20,000 nucleotides of DNA from Hydrurus foetidus. Taxonomy: Eukaryota. This document shows positions 17,357-20,000 of this stretch, one piece after another; position 1 is the first letter of the stretch; each line of letters begins with the position of its first letter. The stretch is taken from positions 48,055 to 68,054 of the forward strand of contig UYFQ01000141.1 of the NCBI GenBank assembly GCA_900617105.1, written 5' to 3'. The translations under genes and the position numbers were made by a program. The notes under the pieces were generated by a model that was not told where the DNA came from, did not search any database, and was given only the letters and a program-made list of their open reading frames with translations.

Positions 17357-19021
17357 GCGCCAACATTTCCGTTCAGGCTGAGCCTGTCAAAGCCTTCGTG
17401 AGCCCTTCGACAAGCGCTGGGCGAACGGGTTCCGAGTTGCTCCTGGAGGTGCGCAGTCTGCGCGTCGCCTTTGACGGCCGTGAGGTCGTGCATGGCGTAG
17501 ATTTTCAACTCCAGACCGGCGAAAAGCTGGCCCTGGTAGGCGAGTCTGGCTCGGGTAAAACCGTCACCGCACTGAGCCTGCTGGGCTTGGCCCAAGGCGC
17601 GCAGGTGCAGGGCAGCGCCCGGTTTGGCATCGTCGAGCCGGTGAATTTGCTGGGCCTGCCAGAGCGCCAACTGCGAGCCATCCGCGGCCAGGACATCGCC
17701 ATGATTTTTCAGGAGCCCATGACGGCCCTGAACCCGGTGCTGACCATTGGTGAGCAGATCGCCGAGATATTGCAGCTAAAACAAGGTCTAGCCCCCACAG
17801 AATCTGCGCGAGCAGCTATTGAATTAATAGCGGATACCGGCATTGCCGAGCCCGCACGGCGCTTCAAGGCTTCCGCACCAGCTGTCTGGCGGCCAGCGCC
17901 AGCGCGCCATGATCGCCATGGCGCTGGCCTGCAAACCCAAGCTGCTGCTGGCTGACGAGCCCACCACCGCGCTGGACGTCACGGTGCGCCGCCAGATTCT
18001 CGATTTACTGGACCAGCTGCAGCACAAACACGGCATGGCCGTGCTGTTGATCACCCATGACCTGAACCTGGTGCGCCAGTTTGCCGACCGCGTGGCGGTG
18101 ATGGAGGCCGGCCATATTGTGGAACACGGCGCCGTGGCTGATGTGTTCGCCCAGCCACAACACGCCTACACCCGCCGCCTGCTGGACAGTCGGCCCAGCC
18201 GCCAGGTGTTGCCTGCCCAACCCGATGCAGAAGTGCTCTTGCAGGGGCAGGCGCTGCGCGTGGGCTACCCGGTGCCGCTGGGCGGTGTGATGGGATGGTT
18301 CCGTTCGGGCGAGTTTGTGGCTGTGCAGGGCGCTGACTTCGCGGTGTCCGCTGGCCAAACCTTGGGGGTGGTGGGCGAGTCGGGTTCGGGCAAATCGACA
18401 CTGGCCTTGGCGGCCCTGGGGCTGCAGCGGTTTTCGGGCCGTTTGTCGGTGCTGGGCCGGGCTTGGGGGCAGGGCGCTGCCGCCGACCAGGCGTTGCGAC
18501 AAGGCTTGCAGGTGGTGTTTCAGGACCCGTTCTCTTCCCTATCACCGCGCCTGACGGTGGAAGAAATCGTGGGCGAGGGGCTGCTGGTACATGCGCCGCA
18601 CCTGGATACCGCAGCCCGCCGCCAGCAGGTCATCGAGGCGTTGCAGGCGGTCGGGCTGACCGACACCCAATTCCCCGATTTGCTGGAGCGCTATCCGCAC
18701 CAGTTCTCAGGTGGCCAGCGCCAGCGCATCGCCATTGCCCGGGCGCTGATCGTGCAGCCGCGGGTTCTGGTGCTGGACGAACCCACCAGCGCGCTGGACG
18801 TGACCATGGCCCAGCAAATCCTGCAGCTGCTGCAGCGCCTGCAGGCCGAGCGCGGTTTGGCCTACTTTTTAATCACCCACGATGTAGCCGTCATCCGGGC
18901 CATGGCGCACCGCGTAGTGGTCATGCAGGCCGGCCAGATTGTGGAAAGCGGCACCGTGGAACAGGTGCTGGACGCCCCCCAACACGACTACACCCGCACA
19001 CTGCTGGCGGCAGCCGAATAA
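17353..19021 (+). CDS. yejF: Double-domain peptide ABC ATPase YejF, one frameshift near 17870
   Basis: Two Walker A motifs ([16 protein letters not shown]), [34 protein letters not shown] and LDEPTSALD. The halves lie in ORFs 17353..17955 and 17843..19021. Confidence 0.9.
17771..17831 (-). repeat. Second, inverted copy of the short dispersed repeat, in frame within yejF
   Basis: Ends in the palindrome GCTATT-GAATT-AATAGC (17815-17831). Codons here are A/T-ending and atypical (CTA AAA CAA GGT CTA, GCT ATT GAA TTA ATA) in a gene otherwise dominated by G/C-ending codons. Confidence 0.75.
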
Positions 19022-19059
19022 TTCCTTACGGATCAAGGGTCTTAGCTTGGCTTTGTGGG

Positions 19060-19065
19060 TATAAT
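19060..19065 (+). promoter_or_regulatory. sigma70 -10 box (TATAAT) of the rimP-nusA operon
   Basis: Consensus TATAAT in the intergenic region upstream of the leader hairpin and rimP. Confidence 0.65.
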
Positions 19066-19076
19066 CCAAAGCTCAC

Positions 19077-19116
19077 GACCAAACGGGCGGGTAACTACCG
19101 CCCGTTTTTTTTGGTC
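19077..19116 (+). terminator. rimP leader intrinsic terminator/attenuator (may also terminate the yej operon)
   Basis: AAACGGGCGG-GTAACTA-CCGCCCGTTT with an 8-T tract, and outer GACCAA/TTGGTC complementarity. Lies downstream of the TATAAT and upstream of rimP. Confidence 0.8.
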
Positions 19117-19156
19117 GATTGTTTTTCACTTACGCATTCAGGCAGGCTTTACAGAC

Positions 19157-19750
19157 GTGGCATTACAGGAAATCGTTGAACAAACCGTAGCAGGACTGGG
19201 ATATGACCTGGTGGAGATCGAACGCTCCGCCGGAGGCTTGCTGCGCATTACCATCGATTTGCCATGGACCGCGCCCGTGGAAGGGCAAGTTTCTTTAGAT
19301 CAGTTTGTCAACGTGGAAGACTGCGAGAAAGTTACTAGACAGTTGCAGTTTGCACTGGAAGTGGACGGCGCGGAATACAAGCGGCTCGAGGTGTCCTCGC
19401 CCGGTATTGATCGTCCGTTGCGGCACACTCAAGATTTTGAGCGTTTTGCGGGCCAGATTATTGACATCACCCTCAAGGCGCCCATGGGAGCCGCGGCCAA
19501 TGGCCAGGTCAATGCCAACCGCAAGAAGTTTCGCGGCACGTTGGAGCGTGTGGTGGCGGCCGATGGCATCGTGGGCTGGCAAATCGTCTGGAGCGATGCG
19601 CCCGAGCCCAAGCCCGGTCAAAAAGTCAGCAAAAAACGTGTGCCCCCGCCGATGCAGGCGCTGGGCTTCACGCTGGACGAGCTGCGCGACGCGCGGCTGG
19701 CACCGATTGTGAGTTTCAAGGGCCGCGGTAACGCCGGCCTGGTCGAGTGA
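19157..19750 (+). CDS. rimP: Ribosome maturation factor RimP
   Basis: GTG start, GLGYDLVEIE, LLRITID, VEDCEKVTRQL, LEVSSPGIDRPL and RKKFRGTL motifs. Upstream of nusA. Confidence 0.96.
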   Translation: MALQEIVEQTVAGLGYDLVEIERSAGGLLRITIDLPWTAPVEGQVSLDQFVNVEDCEKVTRQLQFALEVDGAEYKRLEVSSPGIDRPLRHTQDFERFAGQIIDITLKAPMGAAANGQVNANRKKFRGTLERVVAADGIVGWQIVWSDAPEPKPGQKVSKKRVPPPMQALGFTLDELRDARLAPIVSFKGRGNAGLVE

Positions 19751-19828
19751 GTGGCCGGGCCGAATGGCAGCAAGCACGCACCCGAATTTTGGTTTTGTAT
19801 TGATTAGAGTGTTCAGGAGAGTCATGGC

Positions 19829-20000
19829 ATGAATCGCGAACTGTTGATGCTGGTGGAAGCAATTTCCCGAGAGAAAAACGTGGAACGTGACGTTGTGTTG
19901 GGCGCTGTGGAAGCAGCCCTGGCCCAGGCCACCAAAAAGCTGTACCCCGGCGAAGTGGATATCCGCGTCGCACTTGACCGTGACAGTGGCAGCTACGAGA
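19829..20000 (+). CDS. nusA: Transcription termination/antitermination factor NusA, 5' fragment
   Basis: Manual translation gives [57 protein letters not shown], with an AGGAG RBS at 19815-19819. Confidence 0.95.
   Translation, partial: MNRELLMLVEAISREKNVERDVVLGAVEAALAQATKKLYPGEVDIRVALDRDSGSYE

Noticed and set aside
17855..17880. Programmed frameshift joining the yejF halves
   Set aside because: No slippery sequence. It resembles the other small deletions in this error-prone part of the sequence.

Overview
GC-rich betaproteobacterial core-genome segment; gene order and protein style suggest Comamonadaceae (inference). Order: cysB 5' end (-), cbiX-like chelatase (-), lptG and lptF (-), then divergent pepA-holC-small hypothetical gene-LivK-type lipoprotein (+), tRNA-Ser(GGA) with terminator, two orphan ABC substrate-binding protein genes preceded by a perfect AT-rich palindrome, SPFH/NfeD pair (-), Orn/Lys/Arg decarboxylase (+), fabI (-), yejABEF-type peptide ABC operon (+), and rimP-nusA 5' end with a leader terminator. 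Several frameshifts between about 12.1 and 17.9 kb look like assembly indel errors. The most notable signal is a 45-60 bp non-coding repeat present in two copies. One is intergenic (12553-12614). The other is inverted and in frame inside the yejF coding sequence (17771-17831), where it appears to supply a normal-looking helix of the ABC ATPase. No integrase, transposase or CRISPR array was seen.
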